A DNA stretch of 64,000 nucleotides from Carcharhinus amblyrhynchos (GCA_965287045.1 OZ336884.1:45198001-45262000), one strand, 5' to 3'; shown: positions 25,901-39,119, counted from the stretch's first letter. Notes: a model not told the origin generated them from the letters alone. Numbers and translations are program-made.

Positions 25901-27309
25901 ACTCTCTTCTGCTACAACCTTTTAATGGAAGTATAATCTAAATAATGACATGGTTCTTAATCAGAATTCATTACAAGTCGATCACGGTGAATGTTTTGTG
26001 GTTAACCATTAGCCATGTAAGTGGCGTTTGGTACTACATAATGAAACCCCAATTCCCACATTCTCATTAATGCACCACTTTGTTCAGGAGAGCTGCACTT
26101 ATTGCATTAGTTGTCAATTTATCTGTAAGATAGTTCATGTCCAGCCTTCCTACAAGCAATGTGTTGCCTTATTAATTTCCCATTTTAATACTGCCCACAC
26201 ACAGCTCCAAAGCAATCAACTTTGCTAATTATACACCTTGAAGCAGTGTTATTCTGAAGGAGAGGGCAAGGATATTGGCATTTGGTAGATACTAAAATGG
26301 AATGGTAACAAGATTAACAGAATAGCTTTGTTACTAATGCATAATATCAATACTGGTCGAAGCTGGTGTAATGCATATGCCAGGAACCAAAGAAAGTAGG
26401 CAATTACCAGAGTCCATCTGATAATACCTATCTGGCAGTATCTTATCATAAACCAAGCAACACAGGGGAAAAAGGCTCTGTTCAGGTTTTGAATGCCTGG
26501 CCCAACCTACACCATGTCTACTGGAATTTCTATTCCATCACCTAAAATGCTACTTCATCTCTGTGTGCCTATCACACTATAGAAGTCATCACTGTTGGAA
26601 TGCTGGAAAAATGAATTATCCAGCATCAGTTTGCAGGCTGCCAACCTCTGTGAAGGAGCACACATTGGACTTTGATTCTAGACTCATGTGGAAAAACAAT
26701 TATTTTCTCTGTGGTCTTTGCTCTGTAAATCTCTTTTCCTCTGTCCCTCTCTATTATTGTACGAGTGAAAACGAGTTTGTGTTGTGACTCTCCTCTCACA
26801 TTTGAGTATGTGGAAATAAACTAATCCTGCGGAGTTCATCCCATCTCTAGTTTGCTGTGTGGTTATTAATAGAAATTGCAACCACAACCTAGGTGTTGGG
26901 AAATAAACCACATCTTATAAAAGGGGAAATTGAAATCAAAACACCCTTCTGTGTATGGACAGGTGGTGAAAAGAGAAATCAGGACCATTTAAATTAAACC
27001 CTCTTCTGTCCATTACATCTCTCAAATTTGCTAAATTGCTAAAATCTTCATAATGTTTTTCAGCAACTCTGTCTTTATACTGGAATCTGCATTTAATCTA
27101 TATTTAATATTTTGTCAACCTCGAAATTTGGCCACAGCATTACCTGTATTTAATGGGAAAGTAGCTGGAAATGACTGTTTTACCAAAGTTTTGTAGGGCA
27201 GCAGCCACTTGATCTGTCAATACCTAAAATCTATTAAAATGAGATATGCATGCATTACAGAGTAAATTAAATGACACATTTGCACTACACGTCCTCAAGA
27301 AAAATCTAA

Positions 27310-27840
27310 TAGATTGGTCAATTCCATTTTCATAAAACCAAACAGGCTCTGCTGAATCATATTATTATTTTCTGTATGCCCTCTTGCCATTTCCTTAACA
27401 ATGGTTTCAGCATTTTGCCAGTAAATGATGTGAGACTAACTGGCCCATAGCACCCTGTTTTCTCTTCTCCGCTTCTCTTGAATAGCAGTGCTGCACTGGG
27501 CAGATATTGAGAGGCTGTTTCTCTTGGTCAGGGGAATCTGGAACATTGGGGAAGAGTCTCAGATAAGGGATTGATTGTTTGGCACTGAAATGAGGAGAAA
27601 ATGCTCACAGCATCATGAAACTTTGTCATTTTCTACCTCAGAGAGTTGTTTATGGTCCATAGTCAAGAATCTTTAAAGCTGTGATAAGCAGATTTTTGGT
27701 CTCTCAGGGTATTAAGGGATATGGGGACTGGGTGAGAAAGTTGAATTGAGACAGATGTTCAGCCATGGCAATATTGAATGGCAAAGTAAGCTTGAGCGGC
27801 AGCATAATCTACTCATGCTCCTATTCCTTCTGTCCTTACT
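27310..27840. mobile_element. CR1 fragments in opposite orientations (minus RT part joined to plus 3' end)
   Basis: 27310-27490 on minus encodes a PVSLTS-like motif. 27500-27840 on plus is the ORF2 end and 3' UTR. Confidence 0.55.
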
Positions 27841-28529
27841 GGACCATTCTAGGATCTAGGAAATTTTCAAAGTCAACATAGCTACATCTTTTGGAACCCA
27901 AGTCTGTGCACCAGAACTTTAAAAGTCATAGGTTAAGTTGGTTTTAAATATCTTACTTTATTATAATAAATAGGTCAAGATCATGGAGAGAATACTGAAG
28001 AGGCTCTGAGGACGATATCAGTATTAAACATTGAGCAAGACAGCAGTATCACATTTTCTCAGTAACATTTTTTCAAGTGGTACAACTTGGAGAGCAACTT
28101 TTGGGTCTTTGAGTGTGACTGTGCTTTTCCTGGAGTGGCTGTACCATTTTCATATAAATAACTGAATACCGCTGTCCTCACCATTACTTTGGCAGGAAAA
28201 TCTAGGCCAATGCTTTCGTACACAGGGACTTGTTAGTATACCAGAAATACTGGAGTGGAAGAAGAATCCATAATAACCCTTAAAAGGAAAATGAATAAAT
28301 AATAGAAAAATAAGTAACAAAATGGTATGTGGAAAGACAGGGGAATGGAATTAAGTAGATACCTCTCTCAGAGAGCTGACACAGATGCAATATACTGATG
28401 ACCTCCTTCAATGCTGTGAAGTTCCATAGTTCACAATATAACTTCTCTTTCTCAAAATCATTCAATCTCATAAATCTTTTCCATAGTTCTGATATCTTTT
28501 CTATAATATTCATGATATTTAAATTAAAA

Positions 28530-29720
28530 ATGGTGGACATGAAGGGGTTGTTTCCTCTTGTGGGAGAATCTAGCACTATGGGTCACTGTTTAAAAATAAA
28601 GAGCAGGATCATGGCATTAAAGAACTTCCCAGCTGTATGTTCCTCCCAGATTGAAACCTCCCCCCTCGTCGATGTAATGTCACATCAGCAAAGTTTACAA
28701 CATGTTTTTAAAAACAGAAACTGGGTGGAGGGACTCCTTAGCTTCCTGAAACTGCCAGAATGTAGTGTCAAGTTGGGACCCCTCTGGGGAGTTCCACTGA
28801 GCTGGGGTTTCTCTTATCCCTGCGGGGCAGGGGGAAGGCGGGGATTCCCCATCTCCATTGGGGATTTCTGCTTGTTTGTGTGGGAGGGGTCTCCATGTAT
28901 GGAGGGGGTGTGGGAGGTGATCGCTGTTTTTTTTAATGGAGAGTGGGGAGCCCTGTAAGAACTACAATCTCAGAATTTCCATCATTACTGGCTTTTTCTG
29001 GCTCCACATCACCAGCGTGACAACTTGAGCCACACCTGTGGATTGTTTTTGCAGTGCTGCACAATGTGATGACAGAAGCTGGCTGTGCAGCAAGCTGATT
29101 GGGCACTGCTGTCTCACAGCGCCAGGGGCATGAGTTCAATTCCGGCCTCAGGTCACTGTGTGGAGTTTGCACATTCTCCCCGTGTGAACATGGGTGTCTT
29201 CCAGATGCTCCCACAGTTCAACGATGTACAGGTTAGGTTGATTGGCCATGCTAAATTGACCCTAGTGTCAGGAGGATTAGCAGGATAAATATGTGGGGTA
29301 ATGGGAACAGGGCCTGCTGGGATTGAGGTCAGTGCAGACCTGATGGGCCAAATGGCCTCCTCTTGCACTGTAAGGATTCTACAATTCAATGGTTTTCTCA
29401 CCTCAGCCAGCACTCTGTGCAGAAAAGTGGAACTTCTGCTCATGGGGTCACCCATTTAAGACACAGATCAGGAGAAATTCATTGTCTTCAGAGTTTTGAG
29501 AGTGTTTGGAATTTTCTTCCTCAAAAAGTATTGGAAGCAGGGTCTTTGAATATTTTTAAGACAGAGGTGGATAGATTCTTAATAAGCAACCAGGTAAAAG
29601 GCTATACGGTACAGGTAGGCGAATGAAGTTGATGTTACAATCAAATCAGTCATGGTCATACTAAATGGTGGAACATGCTTGAAGAGCCAAGTAGACTACT
29701 ATTCCTAATTTGTATTTTTC
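28530..29720 (+). mobile_element. CR1 3' fragment split by a MITE-like element (28601-29441)
   Basis: VDMKGLFPLVGESSTMGHCLKIK stops at 28600 and resumes as ggggtcacccatttaagac at about 29444. The insert is bounded by GAGCAG...CTGCTC. Confidence 0.7.
29100..29382 (+). mobile_element. HE1-type V-SINE nested in the MITE
   Basis: gcactgctgtctcacagcgccaggg..gttcaattcc, V-domain and a gattcta tail. Confidence 0.85.
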
Positions 29721-30440
29721 TTTGTTTTTATAATGGAAGGTCCAGAACTGCATTTTAATTAACTAGCAATGGACTACTTGTGAGTTTAACATCATTATCT
29801 TGCTGTTTCTGTAAATTATATTCTCAAATTGGTTCATACAATCATAGAATCATACCGTTCAGAAGAGGCCCATCGAGTTTGCACCGACAAGTTGAAAACA
29901 CTTGACCTCCCACCTAATCCCATTTACCAGTGCTTGGCCAATAGCCTTGAATGCTACAACATGCCAAGTGCTCATCCAGATACTTTTTAAAGGATGTGAG
30001 GCAACCATCCAAGTTGGTGTTGATTGACTATTCTCCTTTGAAGTGCACTGGGATGTCTTAATATGTTAAAGGTGCTATGTAAGTTCAAGTCATTGCTATT
30101 TAATTCCATTAGGTTTTTGTTATCATTTTGTACCTGCATGGCTATCTTTAAACTTCTATGTATCTGCAATCCATGTGTTTCTCCCACTCCTAGTCTGAGC
30201 TTTCATGTATACTTTCAGTTTTTCTTTTTATATAAAGTATCACACATTTTCCTGCATTAGTTTGTAACTGCTATCTATCTGCCCAAACTGACAGAGGTGT
30301 AACTATAGATTCCTGAGACAAACTAATGGCCACATCTTTTCCAGCAAAGGAACAACCATTTACTTCTAAGGTCTCTTTTTGGGTCCTTAACAAGCTCACA
30401 TTCAATGCAGTTGCATCAATACCATGTGCTTTGATTTTTG

Positions 30441-30646
30441 GTGTGGAGTTGCCAGCGTTGGACTGGGGTAGGCATAGTAAATAGTCTCACAACACCAGAT
30501 TAAAAGCTGACAGGTTTATTTGATAGCATGAGCTTTCAGAGCATTGCCCGTTTATCAGGTGACTCTCCTGATAAAGGGGCAACGCTCCAAAAGCTTGTGC
30601 TACCAAAAAAACTGTTGAAATTTAATCGGTGTTGTGAGACTACTTA
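30441..30646. mobile_element. Older PLE-derived hairpin related to 2781-3068, with 12-bp TSD
   Basis: Shares the tail gcgttggactggggta and the arm caacacc..tttatttgatag. Both arms carry a decayed hammerhead (CTGATAAA). CTTTGATTTTTG is repeated at 30429-30440 and 30647-30658. Confidence 0.75.
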
Positions 30647-31374
30647 CTTTGATTTTTGTAATGTCTCCTATGTGACACTTTATCAACACTTTCTGAACAT
30701 CCACATAAGCCAACATCCACCACACTTCCTACAGCAACAGTGCTATTTTCTTTATTCACTGAAACTTGTCAAAGGAAAACTGTTATTCATTGCTGACTGC
30801 CTGTTATTATCCTAACAAAAACCTAGCATTAAATCTTATGAAGAATAATCTGGAGCTCAGTAAGTCCATGTTGTCAGAACGTGCAGCTGCATTTATATAT
30901 TGAAGTTAAGTGAAAACGTTTTGGGCCCCACTTTTTTTTACTTTGGACGATGGTCTATTCACAGGGAAAAATAAATTTGGTGCAATAACCTTTTGGAAGA
31001 GCTTCCATGTGACAGCAGCTTCCAGAAAGTCTTGTTTTGAAGATCTTTTGAGGTTTTTTTCATTTTGTGTTGGCTTTGCTGCATTTTGTTCCATGCATTA
31101 GTTAATTTTGCCAACTGGATCTCCACTTTTGTCTACCAGCACTAATTTGTACGCATGCCTGTGATATTGTGGGGGTGAAGTTACCACTGCACTCCACTGG
31201 TCAATGGGCAGGGTGAGCTGATAAATCACAGGCGAGCCAGGAAATCAGGTTTGCACCTGAATTTCTTGCCTCTCATGATCTTACTAGTACTATGTATCTG
31301 GCAAGATCAGTCTCATGCACAAAGAGGCTGACCTCAATATTTAAATTGCATTTAAATCAGCTACAGAGCCCTGC

Positions 31375-31381
<7 letters not shown>

Positions 31382-31406
<25 letters not shown>

Positions 31407-31419
31407 CTGTCTGTGTGTG
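31382..31419. repeat. (TG)n microsatellite
   Basis: About 12 perfect TG units followed by an interrupted extension. Confidence 0.95.
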
Positions 31420-32729
31420 GGGCAGGGGGAATAAAGGTAGGGTAGTTGTAACTAGCAGGGACAATGGCAGATCTCTGTGCTCTCAGAGTTCAGAAATCTG
31501 CACATGCGTACTTGCGTTGTCTGCTGCTATCAGTCAGTTTTTGGGTGGTTTAGGCCACACCCACTCCCCCTACTGTCAGATTTCAAGTTTTGCCTCATAT
31601 TTTTGACTAAGTCAGTTAAGATTAGGTTTTTAAGTCACCCAAAATAACGGCACAAATTTCTCCCATTTTCACATTCATTTCACACTGAAAATTTTTTTGA
31701 TAAGATCGTCCTTTATTAGCTTTTATTGAGGTTAGTGTTAATATTATTTTGGGTGTTTCCAAACGGACTGCAGAATTGAAATAAAGGCAGCATTAATTGG
31801 ACTTTTAAAAAATTAATTCATGTGGGCTTCACGGGCTAGGCCAGCATTTATTACCCATCCCTAATTGCCCTCGAGAAGGTGGGGCTGAGCTGCTTTTTGA
31901 TCTATTGCAATCCATGTGGTGCTGGAGAGAGAGTTCCAGGATTTTGACCCAGCTGGACTAGTTCCACAGTTTTTGCCAAATGGCTAGATAACTCTGAATG
32001 TGAACAGTCATTAAAGATACCAGTGTGGGAACCTGAGATCTTTTTGCACTGTATTAACATTCAAGACACAACATTTTAATTATGCAAAACAGCAGCTCTT
32101 ATCTAGGAACAACAATTACACCTTCATTGCGTGCATTCCTTGATGCTCACATTATTTGACAGAGAAATAATAATTGGTGGATGACTCTTAAGAGATTAGA
32201 TCTAAAGCTGAAACTATGTAGATTTTCTCTGAAGCAAAGGAAGTCTTATCTTGCAAGAAATTAGGCCACAGAACTTAGGCAGAATCAAAGAGCTTGACAA
32301 AAGAACATGGGTTGCAAATAAAGTTAGAAATGGATGATGCAGGCATTTCCATTGTAAATGGGGCTCACAAGAAATGTTTGCAGAAATGAGGAACACATTC
32401 AATGTCATTGAGTACCCTGCATCAACATATTTTCTCTTTATTTTGTGTTAGTTATGAAGGGTGTGGATAATCCGATTGACGTGATATGATGCTACGATGA
32501 TGGAGAAAAAACATGGAAATATTGGACTTTAACTAGACCCGAGTTTATATTTTTTAAAAATGGAACCGGAGCATGATGATTTCTTGCAAGCTGCGCCCAA
32601 CATACCCTCAAATTCTATTGTTTACTCTCATTCTATGCCTTTAAAACTCTATTCTAATTCTGTCAACACTACAATTTTCATCCTCTCCTTTCCTTCTCTA
32701 TGTACAGTATGCTTTGTCTGTATAGCATG

Positions 32730-33115
32730 AAAGAACATAAGAACATAAGAAATAGGAGCAGGAGTAGGTCATCTAGCCCTTCGAGCCTGCCCCGCCATTC
32801 AATAAGATCATGGCTGATCTGAAGTTGCTCAGTTCCACTTCCCCGCTTTCTCCCCATAATCCTTAATTCCCTTGCCTACCAAAAACCTATCTACACATGA
32901 CTTAAATATACTGAGCGAGGTAGCCTCCACCACTTCAACGGGCAGAGAATTCCAGAGATTCACCACCCTTTGAGTGAAGAAATTCCTTCTCAACTCCAAT
33001 CTAAACTGCCCTCCCCTTATTTTGAGGCTGTGCCCTCTAGTCCTGCTATCCTTTTTAAGCGGGAAGAATCTCTCTACCTCTACCCTATCTATCCCCTTCA
33101 TTATCTTATATGTCT
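32730..33115 (-). mobile_element. Young CR1 3' fragment inserted into a probable Rex1/Babar-type 3' tail
   Basis: ORF 32829-33101 is a CR1 C-terminus with a (TTCTTATG)n tail. The flanks gtctgtatagca.. and gaaacaatgcttttca..aataataaatcaaat join into another LINE 3' end (tentative). Confidence 0.85.
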
Positions 33116-33734
33116 CATCAATACTTTGTATTGTCTTATGTCTCTTATGTCACTTATGTCTCTACAATACAAAAGAAACAATGCTTTTCATTATCTCCTA
33201 ATACCTGTGAAAATAATAAATCAAATGAAACCAAACCCTGAAGATGATTGAGAATGTAGTTAGTAACTGCCAAAAGTGACTGCAGGGTGTTTCTCTAAGC
33301 AATAATGGAATCACATCCTGTCTATAGACAAGGTACTTCTAAAAGCACCCAAAGATTGATTATGATCCCTAGTAGAAGACAGATGGATATAACGACTATG
33401 TCATCTCAAAAATCCTGGGTGTGTTTGCCTAGATAGTCTTGTATTCTGTGTTTCCAATGTCTGCCTGTGTCTGTCTATCAATCTATCTGTGTGTGCTCAG
33501 AGTACAGGCAGATGCAAGTTTTTCCATACTGAAAATGTGCGGTTCAGTGACAGAAATAGCAACCTTGCAAAATGAAACTAGCCATCTTTTGCAGGTATAT
33601 CTCAAAACTCTCTCTCTGACTGGGGAAATTAACCCAAGCAGCAAAATGAGCACAGCTGAAAATTAACTGAAATTTTTCTGCCAAACTACTGAAAACAGGA
33701 ATTGAAGAACCAACAATTTGCCTGCAAAAACCAA

Positions 33735-34606
33735 GGCTGCAATTCTCCCATCAGTTGCTTTATTTTTTTTAGTACGGTGGGCCAGAAGATTCTCACGTTG
33801 ACTGATTCATGGGGTTCGCATTTAAATATAACTAAAATTTCATTAACGGGTCCGGGACCAAAATCTCCGGGCCTGCTAGCATCTGTCCAATCCACCCTCT
33901 CCAGCTAGCATGGTTCACTTCAGTGGGGATTACAGTAGCTGCCCCTTAAAGGGAACTAGTGTCCCAACCACATTGGAGTGAAGGGGGAGGGGGAGGGAGG
34001 CAACCAGGGCCCCCACAGAGAGTCTGGTGGCTGCCAAGGGGGCAGGGCATGGTGGGCCAATTGGTGGGGGTGGGAGGGGGTCCCACTTTGCAGATAGGAT
34101 CAGTGGGGAAGGAGGGAGGCGAGAGATCAGAGCGGGCTGGGGTATGGTCAGCCTGCTGGCAGAGTTGGGACCGTGGGAAGGGCTTGAAATCGGGATGGGC
34201 TGGGGGAGGGGGTTTTGGGAGTTCAGGGCTGGTTGGGGAATGATTGGGGGCGGGGGCAGCAATTGGGCCACTTTGGGGACGGGGGGGGATTGGAGGGCCA
34301 ACAATGCGGGGATCATGGGATCAGCGAGGGATCCAGCTGGCTGGCAATCGGGAGTCTGGCTATTGTGTGCGCTGATCTCAGCACTGACGGATCAGCATAT
34401 GTGCAGTGGCCCACTTAGTATTATGCTGCCAACCTCCTCCAGCCTATCCCTGCCCCCTGATTTTTTAATGATATACAAGCTAGTGACCTCTGCAGTGCAC
34501 AGAGTGTGGGAGACTCTTCTCTGAACTCCCACTCAAAAACCAGTGTGAATTATTCCAGTTTTCACGTGAATTCAACACACAGAACTTTTGGGGGAGAATT
34601 CCAGCC
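33735..34606. mobile_element. Non-autonomous Harbinger-type element (MITE)
   Basis: TIRs ggctgcaattctccc / gggagaattccagcc, CAA flanks and a G-rich core. Homologous to the 12749 and 14221 copies. Confidence 0.75.
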
Positions 34607-34916
34607 CAACTTTATTCTTGCAGAAATCAAATGATAACAGCAACATGCTTCATCATCATCTCCTCTCAAATAAAGGAGTGTTCCACATAACTTTTTATGT
34701 CTATTGACTTACAATTGGACACTCAATTCTTACTTCTAATCTGCATGAATAGATATGCAGATACTTGATCATTCCTTCTTACTTTTTGTTCATAAACTTA
34801 CTCTATCTTAGCTCAAGAGAGCCTGGCTAAATTGTCTCATTTTTAAACATAGATATTGGGTTTGGAAGAGGTATCCAAGGGTAAGGGAACCTTGTTAAAT
34901 TAAATCTTTATTGCTG

Positions 34917-34930
34917 CCAGCAGAGGGCAG
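34917..34930 (+). promoter_or_regulatory. CTCF-like motif
   Basis: CCAGCAGAGGGCAG matches the core CCASYAGRKGGCRS and lies in apparently non-repeat DNA. Confidence 0.45.
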
Positions 34931-35059
34931 GGTGAGTAAAGACAAGGAGCCAGTCATCCTTCCTCACCCAGGTTTGTAACAATTTTGGGGGTTATCCCAT
35001 TTAGATGGTGATAAACTGAGAGGTCTCACCCAGATCAACAAAATTGAAAACAACTATGT

Positions 35060-35415
35060 AAGAAATGAGAAAGCGAGAAAGTAATAAACTATCAGCCAAT
35101 TAGGCTAGCTCTGTCAGTCAGAAAAGGATAGAGACAGCAAGAGGACATTTTGAACACAATAATCTAATTAGGGAGAGTCAACATGATTTTGTGAAAGGGA
35201 AATCGAGCCTTAGAGTTCTCTGAGGATGTAACAAGCAGAGTGGGTAAAGGGCAACAAGAGGATGTAGTACTAAATTTTCAGAAAGCTTTCAATAAGGTGC
35301 CACATTAAAGGTTATTGCACAAGGTAAGATCTCATGGTGTTCAAGATGATGTATCAACATGGATGGAGGAATGGCTAATCAACAGGAAACAGATAATAAG
35401 GATAAACAGATCATT
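35060..35415 (+). mobile_element. Old CR1 RT fragment
   Basis: Broken frames NYQPIRL, SQHDFVKGKSSL and FQKAFNKVPH. Confidence 0.7.
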
Positions 35416-35424
35416 TTGTGTCTG

Positions 35425-35930
35425 TTGTAATTGTCCTTCGAGATGGTAGCATTTATGATCTTGGAAGGTGCTGTCTCAGGAGCCTCGGTGAATTCCTGCA
35501 GGGCATCTTGTAGATGGTACACACTGCTGCCATTACGCATTGGTGGTGGTGGGAGTAAATGTTTTGTGGATGGGCGCTTTGTCCTGAATGGTGTTGAGCT
35601 TCTTCAGTGTTGTTGGAACTGCACTCATACAGGCAAATTAAGGGCAACCTATCACATTCTTTTTTTGTGCCTTGTAGGTGGACAGACTTTGAAGAGTCAG
35701 GAGGTGAGTTACTTGCCACAGGTTTCCTAGCCTCTGACCTGTTCTTGTAGCCACAGCAGTCAGCTCTGTTTCTGATCAATGGTAATCCCCAAGATATTGA
35801 TAGTAGGGGATTTAGTGACGTTTATGCATTGGATGTCATGGGGAGATGGCTAAATTTTGTCATATTGGAGATGGTCATTGTCTGGCATTTATGTAGTGTG
35901 GATATTACTTGCACTTGTCGGTCCAAGCTT
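35425..35930 (-). mobile_element. CR1/L2-group LINE 3' fragment, same family as 48060-50040
   Basis: Reverse complement of the gcagtgtgtaccatctacaagatgc..cagcaccttccaa region also present at about 49700-49780. Confidence 0.6.
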
Positions 35931-36689
35931 TTGAATGGATATTCTGTTGTCCCTTAACCAGGGGAAATAAAGTGCTCTAGCTTTGAAAGATTGCTTACAT
36001 TTTACATGTTAGGTGAGAGCTAAGTAGCTATCAAATTACTAAAAATTGATGTTTAAAACATTCCTAGTCTATCAAATGCTTCCCCCAAAATTCTACTTAA
36101 GTTTGTTTCCAAAAACTTTGTGCCTGAATTGCACAATCTGACTTGATGGAAAGCTGAAACAGCTTTCCAATGACACAAACTGAATGGCTGGCCTAATTGT
36201 GCTTTGCAGTACAGAAAGAAGGATTTATTAAAACTGTGTCTGCCATTGGGGAATATAATTGTTAATATGTCATGGATGAGAAAGATGACCTACATAGCTC
36301 GTGTACAACATTCTGCAGGACTTTTCAGGCACTTCAATATTAAACAAATCCTCAGTGTTGCACTCACAGGTGCCAGACTAGATGGAACCAGCAATGCTTT
36401 TTTTGGATTGACAAATCAATACATCTTTTTTTTTCCCTCCACTGATTTAGCCAAATGCATGTTTGGAAGTTTTTGAATATATACTTTGTCCTTATCTTCA
36501 GAGGTTATCGTATCAATTTGGCAATGTCTCTTCCATGTAGCAACTGACAGTGATAGGCAGATGTTAATTAAACAGCACAGCATAAAGAAGACTAAACTGG
36601 TTTATATCATCTAAGAGTTAAATCAATGACAATTTTTTTGTTATCTCAAAGATCCTTTGATGTCATAGTCAGGGTTACTATTGTTCATG

Positions 36690-37492
36690 CTTTTTATTTG
36701 GAGTTTGCAACAATTCGTAAGTCCACATCAGGTTCTATCATTTGTTTGTTTTGGATTATTGAGTTGTTCATTCCACAAACCAATCTGTCTCTCAACATTC
36801 CATCCAGAGATGACCCGCTTTCACAATGTTCTGCCAATTTCTGCTATGGACCAAAAATTCTTTAATGTGTTCCTCAGGAGTTCATTCTGTTTTATCAAGA
36901 CAGTACCCAGTATGACGAAGGGCTTTGGGTCAAAGTAGTTGTTAATAAAATCTACAAGTTCACCGAATGTCTTTGAATCAGGCATACCTGGGTAAGTCAA
37001 TCTTTTTATTATGCTGAAAGTTGGGGCCCCACATGTTGAGAAAGATTACTTTCTGTCCTTCACTTCCTTCACTCTTATTTGCCTAGAAGTAGTAGCGCAT
37101 GTGCTCTATGGCATTTTTGTTCCTTTTCTCAGCAGAGAGGAAACATGGTTTCTGCCCATTGATGAAGGTTAGAGGAGTAGAAGAAGGAAAGACATCTTTT
37201 TCACCTTTGCCGCCAATGTAATAACGTCGCAAAGGATAGTCCTCTGGTACAACACTGCTTTATTAGAACAAAAGGTCACATTCACAGCTTACAACACATC
37301 AACGCCTGTACTTTGGACTTACATAACCCTGGTCCAGGCTGTGAGTGCACATTTTAAACATCCATCATTCGTCTCTCCCTGGGTGAGCTCCCGCTTACTC
37401 AATAGGGTAATTCATATTCTACAAAATATTCTACAAAATCTCCTGTAGGGAGATCGATTAATAATGCCTCATGTCCTTCATGGCCACTATAA
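36690..37492 (-). mobile_element. Gypsy-type LTR retrotransposon remnant: 5' LTR, PBS and gag
   Basis: LTR about 37217-37492 with minus-strand AATAAA, ending TTACA and followed by PBS-like TTGGCG. Broken gag frames read IEHMRYYF*ANK, TCGAPTFSIIKRLTYP..SKTFGELV..FDPKP and AEHCE..MLRDRLVCGMN. Confidence 0.8.
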
Positions 37493-37819
37493 CTGAAACA
37501 ATCCCCAATTGGGCCTGTGTGTGAGCTGTACATGATCTCTCATCACTTAGCAGTTTACTTTCTGTAAGTCCCTGCTACTTTGTAACCTCTGACCATGCTC
37601 TATTGAAGCACAAACTTTTGAGAATGGAATTTCATGCCTGTATGAACGTGTTTTCCTCAGAGAAACTTAAAAAAAAAGCTATGTTACAACAAAGGTTTCT
37701 GTATTACAGATTTAGTTCTGAGGTCATGAGGAGTTGAGCAATGTACTGGTCATCTAATCTCAGATGAGAAGACTATGATTTTCTCACAAGTATGGCCAAA
37801 ATGTGGTCACGAAAAACAC

Positions 37820-38417
37820 GGGCCAGGATTTTATGGCCCTTCCTGCCCAGTGGAATATTATAGTTCTGCTGGGCAGAATTTATTTTATTCATTCAACTGG
37901 ATGTGGGCAAGGCCAGCAATTATTGCCCATCCCTATTTCACAAGGTGGTGGTGCCTTCTTGAATCACTGTAGACCCTGTGGAGTATGTACAACTACACTG
38001 CTGTCAGCGAGGGAATATCAGGATTTTGGTCCAGTGACAGTGACGAATCAGTGATATATTTCCAAGTCTGGATGGTGAGTGACATGGAGGGGAACCTCCA
38101 GGTGGTGGTGTTCCCAGGTACCTGCTGCTACTGTCTTTGTAGATGGTAATGCTCATAGGTTTGGGAGGTGCTGCCTATGGCACCTTGAGAGTTCCTGCAG
38201 TGCCTCTTGAAGAAGGTACACACTGCTGCCACTGTTCATCAGTGGTGAAAGGATTATGTGTTTGTGGAAGGGGTAGGAATCAAGTGGGCTGCTTTGTCTC
38301 GGATGGCATCAAGCTTCAGGAGTGTTGTTGGGCTGCACTCAAGGAGATGAAAATTTAAATGGCTTGCTGCATCCACCAGGGGAGACACACTTTGCTGGTG
38401 CTATAAAATCCTGGCCA
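37820..38417. mobile_element. Short MITE split by a minus-strand LINE 3' fragment (about 37885-38345)
   Basis: Ends gggccaggattttat / ataaaatcctggcc. The interior is the LINE tail shared with the Deu SINE. Confidence 0.6.
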
Positions 38418-39119
38418 TGACTTCAGCAGATGTTAACTTATATCGGACAAAAAGATGTGGAGTGAACTGACATTAAAATGTGAAATTAGTAGATAATTAG
38501 TGAATAATTAAGGATTATTCAGAAAAGAATATCAACTGACAATGCTGAGACTATCTCTTGTTTTGAGTACAGCCTAATAAAATTATGAAAAGTGGGTGAA
38601 AGGAGAACCCCATGACAATAGCCACTATAGTAATAAGTACCTGCATGCATTACAATTTACAGGTGCTCAGCAGAACAAGACTTAACACTATGTTGTACTG
38701 TATTTGGAACCAAAGATTGTGTTGTATCCGCTGTTAGAAGGAAGATTTTCAAACAAGAAGATGTGATGAAATGTGCATGCACGTATTATACTTTTAAGCG
38801 CTTCGCAAAGCATGTATAAATATGGGACTGGAGTGTGGCACCACCCACAGTGTGATGTATGCAGTCACATGGTCAGAGAAAAGCCAAGAAGAACACTCTG
38901 TAAGCAGCTAGCCTGTATGGTGGGGGCAAAATCATGCAAAACTATGTTCGGAACAATAGTTAAAGCCCAACAGCAAAGGTGTTTTTGCCTAAACATATGA
39001 GCCTCAGGATCTGATCAATGAGTCACCACCATAGCAGCAGAAAGAAACTATATTATGACAATCATCACTTAGAAGAGAGGATGAAGAGGAATATGAGGCA
39101 GTAACCACCAACTAGGATC

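Noticed and set aside
28398-28958. 186-aa ORF
   Set aside because: It is a chimera of flank, CR1 fragment and MITE.
33930-34524. Pro/Gly-rich ORFs (also at 12.9-13.6 kb and 14.4-15.0 kb)
   Set aside because: They result from stop-poor G/C-rich MITE cores.
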